Under the pieces are notes generated by a model. It was not told where the DNA came from and did not search any database. It was given only the letters and a program-made list of their open reading frames with translations. A stretch of DNA of 64,000 bases from Takakia lepidozioides (Eukaryota; Plantae; Bryophyta): positions 49,910,001-49,974,000 of the forward strand of contig CM060734.1 in assembly GCA_030704615.1 (NCBI GenBank), read 5' to 3'. Of the stretch, positions 42,549 through 52,082 are shown piece by piece. Within the stretch, counting starts at the first letter, position 1. Each line of letters opens with the position of its first letter. The translations under genes and the position numbers were made by a program.

Positions 42549-44230
42549 GTGGGGCTGTGACAGGCTGTGGCAAGCTGTGACGGGCTGTGACGGGCTGTGT
42601 CAGGCTGTGGCGAGCTGTGACGGGCGGTGACGGGCTGTAACAGGCCGTGCCTGAGGCCTGTGGGGCTGTGACGGGCTGTGACAGGCTGTGCCCATGGCCT
42701 TTGGGGCTGTGATGGGCTGTGAGGGGTTTGTGACAGGCCGTGCCTGAGGCCTTTGAGGCTGTGATGGGCTGTGATGGGCTGTGACAGGCTGTGCCCTGTG
42801 CCTGTGGGGCTGTGACGGGCTGTGTCAGGCTGTGACAGGCTGTGCCCAGTGGCCTTTGGGGCTGTGACGGGCTGTGACAGGCTGTGCCCTGAGGCCTGTG
42901 GGGCTGTGACAGGCTGTGACAGGCCGTGCCTGAGGCCTTTGAGGCTGTGACGGGCTGTGAGGGGCTGTGACAGGCCGTGCCTGAGGCCTTTGGGCTGTGA
43001 TGGGCTGTGCGGGGCTGTGACAGGCTGTGCCCTGAGGCCTGTGGGGCTGTGACGGGCTGTGACAGGCCGTGCCTGAGGCCTTTGAGGCTGTGCCGGGCTG
43101 TGAGGGGCTGTGACAGGCCGTGCCTGAGGCCTTTGGGGCTGTGACGGGCTGTGAGGGGCTGTGACAGGCCGTGCCTGAGGCCTTGAGGCTGTGACGGGCT
43201 GTGAGGGGCTGTGACAGGCCGTGCCTGAGGCCTTTGAGGCTGTGACGGGCTGTGAGGGGCTGTGACAGGCCGTGCCCATGGCCTTTGGGGCTGTGACGGG
43301 CTGAGAGGGGCTGTGACAAGCCGTGCCTGAGGCCTTTGAGGCTGTGACGGGCTGTGACGGGCTGTGACAGGCCGTGCCCATGGCCTTTGGGGCTGTGACG
43401 GGCTGTGAGGGGCTGTGACAGGCCGTGCCTGAGGCCTTTGGGGCTGTGACGGGCTGTGAGGGGCTGTGACAGGCCGATCCTGAGGCCTTTGAGGCTGTGA
43501 CGGGCTGTGAGGGGCTGTGACAGGCCGTGCCCATGGCCTTTGGGGCTGTGACGGGCTGTGAGGGGCTGTGACAGGCCGTGCCTGAGGCCTTTGGGGCTGT
43601 GACGGGCTGTGAGGGGCTGTGACAGGCCGATCCTGAGGCCTTTGAGGCTGTGACGGGCTGTGAGGGGCTGTGACAGGCCGTGCCCATGGCCTTTGGGGCT
43701 GTGACGGGCTGTGAGGGGCTGTGACAGGCCGTGCCTGAGGCCTGTGGGGCTGTGACGGGCTGTGACAGGCTGTGCCCATGGCCTTGGGGCTTGTGGGGCT
43801 GTGTGGGCTGTGAGGGGCTGTGACAGGCCGTGCCTGAGGCCTTTGAGGCTGTGATGGGCTATGACAGGCTGTGCCCTGTGCCCTGTGGGGCTGTGACGGG
43901 CTGTGACAGGCTGTGCCCTGTGCCCTGTGGGGCTGTGACGGGCTGTGTCAGGCTGTGACAGGCTGTGCCTAGTGGCCTTTGGGGCTGTGACGGGCTGTGC
44001 GGGGCTGTGACAGGCTGTGCCCTGAGGCCTGTGGGGGCTGTGACAGGCTGTGCCCATGGCCTTTGGGGCTGTGACGGGCTGTGACAGGCTGTGCCCATGG
44101 CCTTTTTGGGCTGTGACGGGCTGTGAGGGGCTGTGACAGGCTGTGCCTGAGGCCTTTGAGGCTGTGACGAGCTGTGAGGGGCTGTGACAGGCTGTGCCCA
44201 GTGGCCTGTGGGACTGTGACGGCTGTGACC
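42549..44230. repeat. 1.7-kb GC-rich tandem array inside the element leader: 10-bp GGGCTGTGAC monomers in 41/51-bp higher-order units
   Basis: Directly visible, e.g. GAGGCTGTGACGGGCTGTGAGGGGCTGTGACAGGCCGTGCCTGAGGCCTTT repeated; minus-strand ORFs show the matching 17-aa periodicity. Confidence 0.95.
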
Positions 44231-44724
44231 AGTGAGCTGTGTGGGCCTGTGCTGGTCTGTGGTGGCCCGTGTTGACCTGTGGATGGCCTGTGCTGACTCG
44301 TGGAGGCACTGGTGGACTAAGGACTGGCATGTGGTCTGGAAGGCCGAATTTTGAAGCTCGTGGAGGGCGGTTTGAGGAGTATCTTCATGATATTCCCATG
44401 GTCATGCAAGTTCAGGTGTAGGCTATGTTAGGAACTTAGTATTCCAAACCATAAGCCGCAACAGGTTCTCTACCTGGTTACCTTGTGGAGAGGGGGTTAG
44501 GGCATGTTCATGACCGGTTGAGTGTCAACACGGAGGTGCCACTAGTTGCTGGGGACAGTGCCGGTTCGAGCACTAGCGATACTAGTGGGTACACGAGACG
44601 AGGTGTGCGGTTTAGGCCACCTTCACCTCCTGTGTCTTCCACGGAAGGTTCTGATTCGGATTGTGAATCAGGAGGGCTCATACCGGCGGTGCAAGTTGTT
44701 TCTTTGCCATTGTTGTGGGACACA

Positions 44725-46431
44725 ATGGAGGAGATGTATGGAGCTACCAAGGGGCCACGAAGGTACTCTGGGGCGGTGGGCACCATTGAGTTGGATGATT
44801 TTATCCAAGAGTTTGATAGTTGGTGTGATTTGCAGCAAATGCGCAATCCACAACTATTTACGCCGTTCATGGCATGGAAAGGGCTGTTTCAGCACCTTGA
44901 GGGGCCGCCTATGGATGATTACCATGAGTTCAGGCGGGGGCATGAGGTTGAGATCGAGGAGTGGAGGATGTACTGGTCACCCGACTATGTCTCCATCACT
45001 AGGGGCACTAGAGCCACGAGGGCAGTGGCTACACCTGCCGCTGCACCGGCAGCTTCAGCAAGTAGCAGTGGGACTGGTGGTACAGTAGCTACGACATCCA
45101 CCCAAGCCACTACCGCACCAGCACTAGCACCCGTGCCTGCCTTCAACCCTGTTGTGGAGTTCTTCGAAGAGTTGAGAGGGAACTACCAAGGGGTGAGGAC
45201 AGAGAAGTTGCGGAGCTTGCAAGAGTTCCAACGGAAGCCGACCGAGAGCTTGAGGGAGGCTTTCACTCGCATGAGGCGCTTGATAAATGTAACCCAAGGG
45301 GTTACGGAAGCTCAGGCAGTCCAATTCTGGTATGGGATATTGGACAAGGAGCTGAGGAGAAGGGTGCGGGATGCAACTCTCCTACAAGCGGCCCAACCCA
45401 CCTTAGCAAATGTGTTTTTGCTGGCAGAGCGGATAGAGCTCAACATGGTGGAGGAACGAGTGGTCATGGTGGGATTTGCTAAGGAGACACCACGGGGTAG
45501 TGGTGCTCCTAGCCAACCACTACCTCAACGTGCTCAAGGCAACAAGGGGGCTCAGGTGAAGCTCAGGGAAGGGCAGAGAGGACCTCAGATGCAGGGGTCT
45601 CTCCCTTCATTTGCTGGCCAACAACGGGCGGATGTGGTGTGCTGGACATGTGGAGGACCCCATGTCAAGAAGGATTGCCCAGAGGGAGGCAAAGGGTCGG
45701 CACATGCACAGCCTGCACAGTTGCAGTGTGGGCATTGTGGCAAGCACGGGCATGGAGAGGCCCAGTGTTATAGTTTGCATCCTGAGTTGCGCCCAGGCCA
45801 GTTCCAAGGGAACAATGGTGGCCGGGGGCGAGGTGGAGCAGCCCAGAGAGGACGAGGTGGCCAGCCACGAGGTGCAGGCCAAGGGCAAGCTCAACGTGGC
45901 CAAGGACGCGGAGGTCAGGGTGTTGACCAAGGCATGGCCAACCGGCTTCAGCAGCTAGAGCAGAGGCTCGCTGCCATGGCTACAGCTCAGGTGGTACCGG
46001 CTCTAAGGCCGGATGGTCCACCTCCTGCTCCTGAGGGAGGAGATATGGGAGGCATGGGATTCATGTGTGGAGCAGCACTACCACTAGTGCAGGTGGAGTC
46101 TGCTGCAGCCGTGACTCGAGGAGCAGCACGAGTTCCTGAGCCACGAGGTGCAGAGGTGGAGTTGGATCCACAGCGTGGGGAGGCAAGCCGTCAGGCTAGG
46201 CTTCCTCAGTCATTCACATTGGCGGAGACAGTGTCGACGCCATCCATGGCACCTAGTTCTCGCCCGACTGTTACCGAGGCGGAGGTTACTATGCCATTGG
46301 GGAGAGCTACACGGGTAGCACCACTACCTAGTGTTGCCAAGGCTACGGCAGCTAGTGTGCTGTTAGGAGCGGCCACATCTGTGTGCCAGGCTCCATTGTT
46401 CTCGGCTACCATGATTGCGACGCCGGGGTAA
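44725..46431 (+). CDS. gag: Gag with two CCHC zinc knuckles and an RG/Q-rich tail
   Basis: ORF 44485-46431, first ATG at 44725. Gag-like core (LQEFQRKPTESLREAFTRMRRL...AVQFWYGILDKELR), knuckles CWTCGGPHVKKDC and CGHCGKHGHGEAQC. Confidence 0.85.
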   Translation: MEEMYGATKGPRRYSGAVGTIELDDFIQEFDSWCDLQQMRNPQLFTPFMAWKGLFQHLEGPPMDDYHEFRRGHEVEIEEWRMYWSPDYVSITRGTRATRAVATPAAAPAASASSSGTGGTVATTSTQATTAPALAPVPAFNPVVEFFEELRGNYQGVRTEKLRSLQEFQRKPTESLREAFTRMRRLINVTQGVTEAQAVQFWYGILDKELRRRVRDATLLQAAQPTLANVFLLAERIELNMVEERVVMVGFAKETPRGSGAPSQPLPQRAQGNKGAQVKLREGQRGPQMQGSLPSFAGQQRADVVCWTCGGPHVKKDCPEGGKGSAHAQPAQLQCGHCGKHGHGEAQCYSLHPELRPGQFQGNNGGRGRGGAAQRGRGGQPRGAGQGQAQRGQGRGGQGVDQGMANRLQQLEQRLAAMATAQVVPALRPDGPPPAPEGGDMGGMGFMCGAALPLVQVESAAAVTRGAARVPEPRGAEVELDPQRGEASRQARLPQSFTLAETVSTPSMAPSSRPTVTEAEVTMPLGRATRVAPLPSVAKATAASVLLGAATSVCQAPLFSATMIATPG

Positions 46432-47060
46432 GACCAGCTGAGGTGTTCAGGCTGGCAGCTACACTCTGTGAGAGTGGGGAGGTTACTTCATCTTCTGCGG
46501 AGATAGTGGGAGGTGTAGTGCCGGAGGGATCCTCGGATTTGAGGGTCAAGACTGCCACGGCGGCGCCATGGCAAGCTGCAGCTGCCAGGTTGATGGAGCT
46601 GCCAGCTAGGCCAGCCATTGAGCGCGCCATGGTGACACCTGGAGTTGTCATGTTAGACAACCAGGATGGCATTTTCTGTTTGAGTGGACCGGCAGGCAAG
46701 AGGTACCGGCCACTGCGAGTCTTGTTGGACTCGGGAGCTCAGCCACTGATGCTGGGCAGAGCTGCTATTGCAGGCTTGGGCCTCACGGAGGCGGATATGG
46801 AGCCTTGTCCTTTCCAGATACAGACGTCTCTGGGAGGATCGGAGCAGGCTCGGGGCATGACACGGCATGAGTTGGCTATCAGACTACGGCCGGATCACCC
46901 TACAGATGGCTCAGTGATGCGAGCCAAGGCCATTGTGACAGACGCAGTCTCATACGATGTCCTGGTTGGTGGGGCAGTGTTGTACCCCATGGGCTTCACC
47001 CTGGATTTTTGGGAGGAGTCAGCTTCCTATAGGCCTGCATGGCAGTCAGGGGAGGGCCGG
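46418..47060 (+). CDS. Retroviral-type aspartic protease region of the polyprotein
   Basis: RVLLDSGAQPLMLG catalytic motif and downstream YDVLVG in ORF 46383-47864, reached by a -1 shift from gag near 46420. Confidence 0.85.
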
Positions 47061-47441
47061 CGTGTGCAGCTCCCTGTGACGTTCATAGGAGGAGTTGCGG
47101 TTGCCCAGCGAGGCAAGATGCCGACACTAGCAGCATTCACAGCGGCAGTGAGTTGGCCTAGAGAGTTGCTTGAGGGCAATGCTCATTCAGAGGATGTACC
47201 ACCTCCGGGAGAGCAGGATGACATGTATGGTATGGCGGAGTTGCCTACCATGGTTGCTCAGACTCCATTGTGGGGCACGAGCAAGGATTTGCAGCGGGAT
47301 GCTGATCGACGGGTGCAACAAGCCTGGGTGGAGGCTTTTGTACCGTCAGGAGAGGAGGAGAGTGTGGGGATTGCACCAGGACCACCTCAATTGTCTCCAT
47401 TGGACACCACACCTATTGTGTGGCAGTCTCCGGATGAAGGC

Positions 47442-48390
47442 ATTTGTCTTCTGGACTTGTTTGGCGGGATCAGCACCGGATTGGCTGCTGTGTTACAGGC
47501 AGGTGTACGAGTTCGGCGTTACCTGTATGTGGAGAGGGATGAGACTGCACGACGCGTTTCACTTCGCCATGTTGCTCAGTTGGTGCAGCGGTACCCTGAG
47601 TTGTTGTCGGTGTCTGCAATTCGTGGATATCAGCAGGCCTTGCCAGCAGACATTTCGTTGCTGGGGGCGCAGGATTTGGAGCGGGTTGGCTCCATTGATC
47701 TGGTAGTGGCAGGTTGGCCCTGCCAAGGCATTCATCAGCCGGGCATGGCAATGGATTGCGAGACTCGAGGTCGGGTCTGTTTTGGGAGATGGTGCGGGTT
47801 TTGCGCCACTTGCAGCTTCATCAAGCTGTATCTCCAGCATACATCTTGGAGAATGTGCCACTGATGGGCGATTCTCGGGCCAGGGTGATGGCCAGTGTGC
47901 ATCAAGTCCGGTCGTGGCTTGGGTCAGCAGTGTTGCTAGATGCAGCTACAGTGGGGTCACGGGCTCATCGTCCACGGCTATGGTGGACTAACATGATGCC
48001 ACCCGCACTGCTCAAGCGTGCATTTGATGGGGTGCAGCGGCCAGCACATCTCACAGTGGATAACATTCTGGACACAGGGAGGCAGTCTCAACGTGTGAGA
48101 CACGATGACCGTTCGCCTTTGGCAGTGGTCAACAAGGTGGGTCAACCACGAGCAGCATTACCTACACTGCTCAGCTTCCCAGGATCGCATGCTTTCCGGG
48201 ATAGTGGACCTGGCCTCCTGTGGGATGCTCAGTTGCAGCAGTTAGTGGAGCCTAATGCTGACGAGCGTGAGCGGGCAATGGGTTTTACCACTGGTACCAC
48301 GGCGGTGTCGTCTCTTTCTGAGGCATCACGTCGTCAAGTGTTGGGGCAAGCAATGGATCTCAATTGCTTGACCTGGATTATCAGCTTGGC
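47442..48390 (+). CDS. C5 cytosine DNA methyltransferase domain (DNMT3-like) embedded in the pol polyprotein
   Basis: Motifs in canonical order: I LLDLFGGIST, II YVERD, III ADI, IV IDLVVAGWPCQG(H)SSAG with the catalytic PC, V GLRDSRSGLF, VI YILENV, VII DAA, VIII AHRPRLWWTN, IX ERERAMGF, X RRQVLGQAMDL. A one-base frameshift at ~47728 follows PCQ. Confidence 0.93.
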
Positions 48391-48688
48391 TCTAGCTGAG
48401 CAACGCAGAGTGCGGAATACACTTCCCTCAATGGTCTCTCTGCCTACCGAGACGGTACAGGCAGTGAGTGGGGGCGAGCATATGAGGACCACGGGGTGCA
48501 TGCATCCATGGCACACGTGGGAGGTGCTCGAGGTTCAGAGGGAGTTGGCAGCCAAGGCGGCTGTGATGGATGAGGTTGGGGATTCTTCTCGAGTTGAGGA
48601 GGTCCTCAAGGATGAGATGATGGGGCAGGATGATGCCTTGTCATTGACTGAGCAGGTAGGGAGTACTGCTCAAGAGGTTGCAGCATAG

Positions 48689-49740
48689 CAACCACGGGAC
48701 GCGTCCTCTACCTCTAAGCCCACTGGACTTAAGGTTGTAGTTACGGAGGACAATTGGGAGCCTGACATTGGACCCATTGTCACCGGAGGAGAGAGACGAC
48801 GTATACGGCGGTTCCTGAGGGCTTACAGGAATTGCTTTGCCTTCAGTTTGAAGGACTTGGGAGCACTGAAGGGTCAAGAGATCCGTATTGAGTTGGCCAC
48901 TGACACGCCAATCTTTCGGAGACCCTATAGATACAGTGACATGGAGAGGTCTTTGATTCAGATGAGGACTCAAGATCTCTGGGAGGCAGGTTTGGTGGAG
49001 CTCTCTGGTGGAGAGTATGCTTCAGCCACAGTGATGCCAGCCAAGAAGGATGTCTATGGCAATTGGACGGAGAGACGTATGTGCGGTGATTACCGGCCTG
49101 TAAATCGTCAGACCAAGTCCGATAAGTATGCCATGCCAACACCAGAGGAGATCTTTGATGCCATCGGGCATGCTAAGGCCTTTAGCACTTTGGATTTACG
49201 ATCCGGATATCACCAGTTGCCAATCAAGGAGGCGGACAAGCAGAAGACGGCATTCTGGGGGATCAATGAGCACGGCAAGGATTGCCTATATCAGTGGCGG
49301 TTCTTACCATTTGGGCTTAAGAATGCTCCTGCAGAGTTTCAGAGAGTCATGGATAGGATTCTAGCAGGGGTGGACTTTGCTCGGTGCTACATAGATGACA
49401 TCATCATCTTTAGTGTTACGATGGAGGAGCATGAGAGACACCTTCAGGTGGTATTGGAGCGCTTGAGAGCGCACGGATTGAAGTTGCATCCGGGGAAGTG
49501 CAAGTTTTTCCACAACCAGATTGAGTATCTGGGTCACATGATATATCCTGGAGGATTGGGGGTACAGCAGACTAAGGTAGAGGCCATTGCACAAATTCCA
49601 CGCCCCACGGATGTGAGCCGAGTTCGAGCTTTCATGGGGTTGGCAAACTATTATAGACGGTTTGTCAAGGGATTTAGTACCATTGCAAAGGCTCTAACCA
49701 AGCTGACCAAGGTGGACCAGGAGTGGCAGTGGAAGATGAG
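48689..49740 (+). CDS. Ty3/gypsy reverse transcriptase
   Basis: PIFRRPYR, RMCGDYRPVN, FSTLDLRSGYHQ, LPFGLKNAPAEFQR, YIDDIIIF, YLGH. Same frame as the DNMT C-half, separated only by a TAG at 48686-48688. Confidence 0.95.
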
Positions 49741-51822
49741 CAGGAACGAGCTTTTCAAGAGCTCAAGGCGAGGTTGACCTCGGCGCCTATCTTGAGACGA
49801 CCTATCAGGGGGCGTCCCTTTCAGCTGCATACGGATTGGAGCATGCTGGGGCTTGGAGCGGTGCTCACACAGGTGGATGATGAGGGAAGAGAGTTCGTAG
49901 TGGCTTACGCTAGCCGCTCGAACAACGCTGCAGAGGCTAAGTACAGCTCATATGAGGGAGAGTGCTTAGCTGCAGTGTGGGCCGTGGCACACTTCAGGTG
50001 CTATCTATACGGCAATCTTTTCACCCTTGTCACGGATCACCAGCCACTCAAGTGGTTGATGGAGTCAGACAAGCTTACGGGGAAGCTTGCACGGTGGGCA
50101 CTTATACTCCAGGAGTATGACTTTCAGGTTGTGCATCGACCGGGTTTGGTCAATCGGGATGCGGATGGATTGAGTCGCAATCCATGCATGAGCCAGCAGG
50201 ATGACACTGGAGCTCGGTGGCATGGTGAGACGGACGAGGAGATGGTGCCGGGATGGCACGCATCTGCATTTTTGTGTATCTTGGCATCGGGAGGTCAGAT
50301 TGGACCTACAACAGGGATGACTGTAGACGGAGTGTCTGAGGACCCTGAGGCTAGTGATGAGCTAGGTGGTGCCAGAGATATACATGAGGATTCGGCTGTG
50401 TTGGACTACCTCCGCACGGGAGACACGGCAGCCATTGTGACTGCCAGGGAGAGGGATCGGATCCTGCAACGAGCCAAGAGGTTCAAGTGGGAGGGGATAC
50501 ACCTACTTCGAGTGTGGGAGGGTGGTCGGGTGAGGATTGTGCCTCACCCCACACAGCGTGCACGGTTAGTGCGGCATGCCCATGAGGAGTTGGGGCATTT
50601 TGGAGTGCGACGCACTCACAGTTTACTGCAGGGGCAGTATTGGTGGCGTGGTATGCATACAGAGGTGCAACAGTTTGTGGCTAGGTGCATGGTGTGTGAC
50701 AGGGTGCGTGCTTCATTCAACGCCCCTACACCACAGTTGCATCCTTTACCTATCATGGGATTGGGCTACAGGTGGAGTCTTGACTTCGCAGGACCGTTGC
50801 CACTGACTATGCGCCACCACAGATATGTGTTGGTGATGGTGGAGCACTTCTCCAAGTGGATTGAGTTGGTTCCATTGCCTGACAAGGCTAGTGAGGGGGC
50901 TGCGTATGCATTCTTGGATCGTGTGCTTAGCCGATTTGGTGCTCCAGCTGAGGTACTCACGGACCAAGGGAGAGAGTTCTTGGGGGAGTTTCAGGCTTTG
51001 TGTGATAAAGCCTTGATAGACCACCGCACCACTTCTCGGGATCATCCTGAGGCCGATGGCTTAGCAGAGAGAGTTGTTCAGACGGTGAAGAGGGGTTTGC
51101 GCAAGTATGGCTTGCAGAAGGGACACCTAGGAGATTGGGATCTTCAGGTTCCTTGGTTAGCCATGGGCTACAGGTTCAGCAAACAAGCATCACTTGCCTC
51201 CTTCTCACCATATTTCCTTCTCTTTGGCCGAGAGCCGGATTTGCCTGCAGCCATTCGTAGGGACACTGCTCAAGTCCTTAACCTTGACGATCCGGACGTG
51301 TGGGTACGTGCATGTGATCAGCGTGCAGAGTTGTTCAAGAAAGTCATGCCCATGGCTTTTGAGAACCTTGCCATTGCACAGCACCGTGATACGTTGAGGT
51401 ATGCCACTATACGTGGTGGAGGATATCGTCCTGGGGTTCGGAGGTTTAGCCCTGGTGACTATGTTTATTTGCAGCAGACTGCTCCTACGACTCTGGATGT
51501 TACTGCAGGGCGTGTTATTCTGAGGGTTCGAGAGGTGTTGCCCTCAGGGGTCCTGATCTTAGAGGGTCGGGATGGCATGACTTGGAAAGACCATGTGCGT
51601 AATTGTGCGCCATGTCACTTTCCCAATGTCGATGGCAGAGTTGACCCAAACTTGGCAGTGGTACCTGCAGGTTTGAGGTGCATGCTTTGTGGGTCTGCCA
51701 AAGGGGCAGCCACCATGCTGGTGTGTGATCGGTGCTCAAGGGGTTGGCATATGGGATGCTTGACACCACCTCTTGAGAAGGTTCCTGACGGAGATTGGTT
51801 GTGTCCACACTGCTTGGGATAG
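49723..51822 (+). CDS. RNase H, DDE integrase and C-terminal PHD finger
   Basis: RNase H (LHTDWS, YASR, EGECLA, TDHQPL); integrase HHCC (HEELGHFG...CMVC) and D,D,E (SLDFAG, LTDQGREF, DGLAER); C4HC3 PHD CMLC...CDRC...WHMGC...WLCPHC at 51679-51813. Confidence 0.95.
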   Translation: MAVEDEQERAFQELKARLTSAPILRRPIRGRPFQLHTDWSMLGLGAVLTQVDDEGREFVVAYASRSNNAAEAKYSSYEGECLAAVWAVAHFRCYLYGNLFTLVTDHQPLKWLMESDKLTGKLARWALILQEYDFQVVHRPGLVNRDADGLSRNPCMSQQDDTGARWHGETDEEMVPGWHASAFLCILASGGQIGPTTGMTVDGVSEDPEASDELGGARDIHEDSAVLDYLRTGDTAAIVTARERDRILQRAKRFKWEGIHLLRVWEGGRVRIVPHPTQRARLVRHAHEELGHFGVRRTHSLLQGQYWWRGMHTEVQQFVARCMVCDRVRASFNAPTPQLHPLPIMGLGYRWSLDFAGPLPLTMRHHRYVLVMVEHFSKWIELVPLPDKASEGAAYAFLDRVLSRFGAPAEVLTDQGREFLGEFQALCDKALIDHRTTSRDHPEADGLAERVVQTVKRGLRKYGLQKGHLGDWDLQVPWLAMGYRFSKQASLASFSPYFLLFGREPDLPAAIRRDTAQVLNLDDPDVWVRACDQRAELFKKVMPMAFENLAIAQHRDTLRYATIRGGGYRPGVRRFSPGDYVYLQQTAPTTLDVTAGRVILRVREVLPSGVLILEGRDGMTWKDHVRNCAPCHFPNVDGRVDPNLAVVPAGLRCMLCGSAKGAATMLVCDRCSRGWHMGCLTPPLEKVPDGDWLCPHCLG

Positions 51823-52071
51823 TGGCAGTGGACATGACTGGAGGCAGCTAACAAGACATGGGAGGCCAAGCTCATAGGAGTCAATACATGAGATCCCAAG
51901 CTCAAGTTCACAGGTTGCAAGACGGCGACTAACGATGGGGCAACTCTTGCACCCGGCCTCTTGATCTATCGAGTTTGAGTGTAGTAGGGATAGTGGTGGA
52001 GGACTTAGTGAGGCTATGGTCACTATCACATCTTGTGGCTACCTGGACTTAGAGGGACCTAAGCACCAGCT

Positions 52072-52081
52072 AGGGGGGCGA
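52072..52081 (+). promoter_or_regulatory. Polypurine tract
   Basis: AGGGGGGCGA, then T, immediately before the TG start of repeat B1. Confidence 0.7.
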
Positions 52082-52082
52082 T

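Noticed and set aside
42491-44330. Long repetitive minus-strand ORFs (398, 417, 501 aa)
   Set aside because: They are open in all three frames only because the tandem array lacks stop codons on that strand; there is no evidence of a real protein.
47442-48390. Bacterial restriction-modification methylase or contamination
   Set aside because: The domain is continuous with the protease and RT frames inside a TSD-bounded element in plant DNA; there is no cognate endonuclease.
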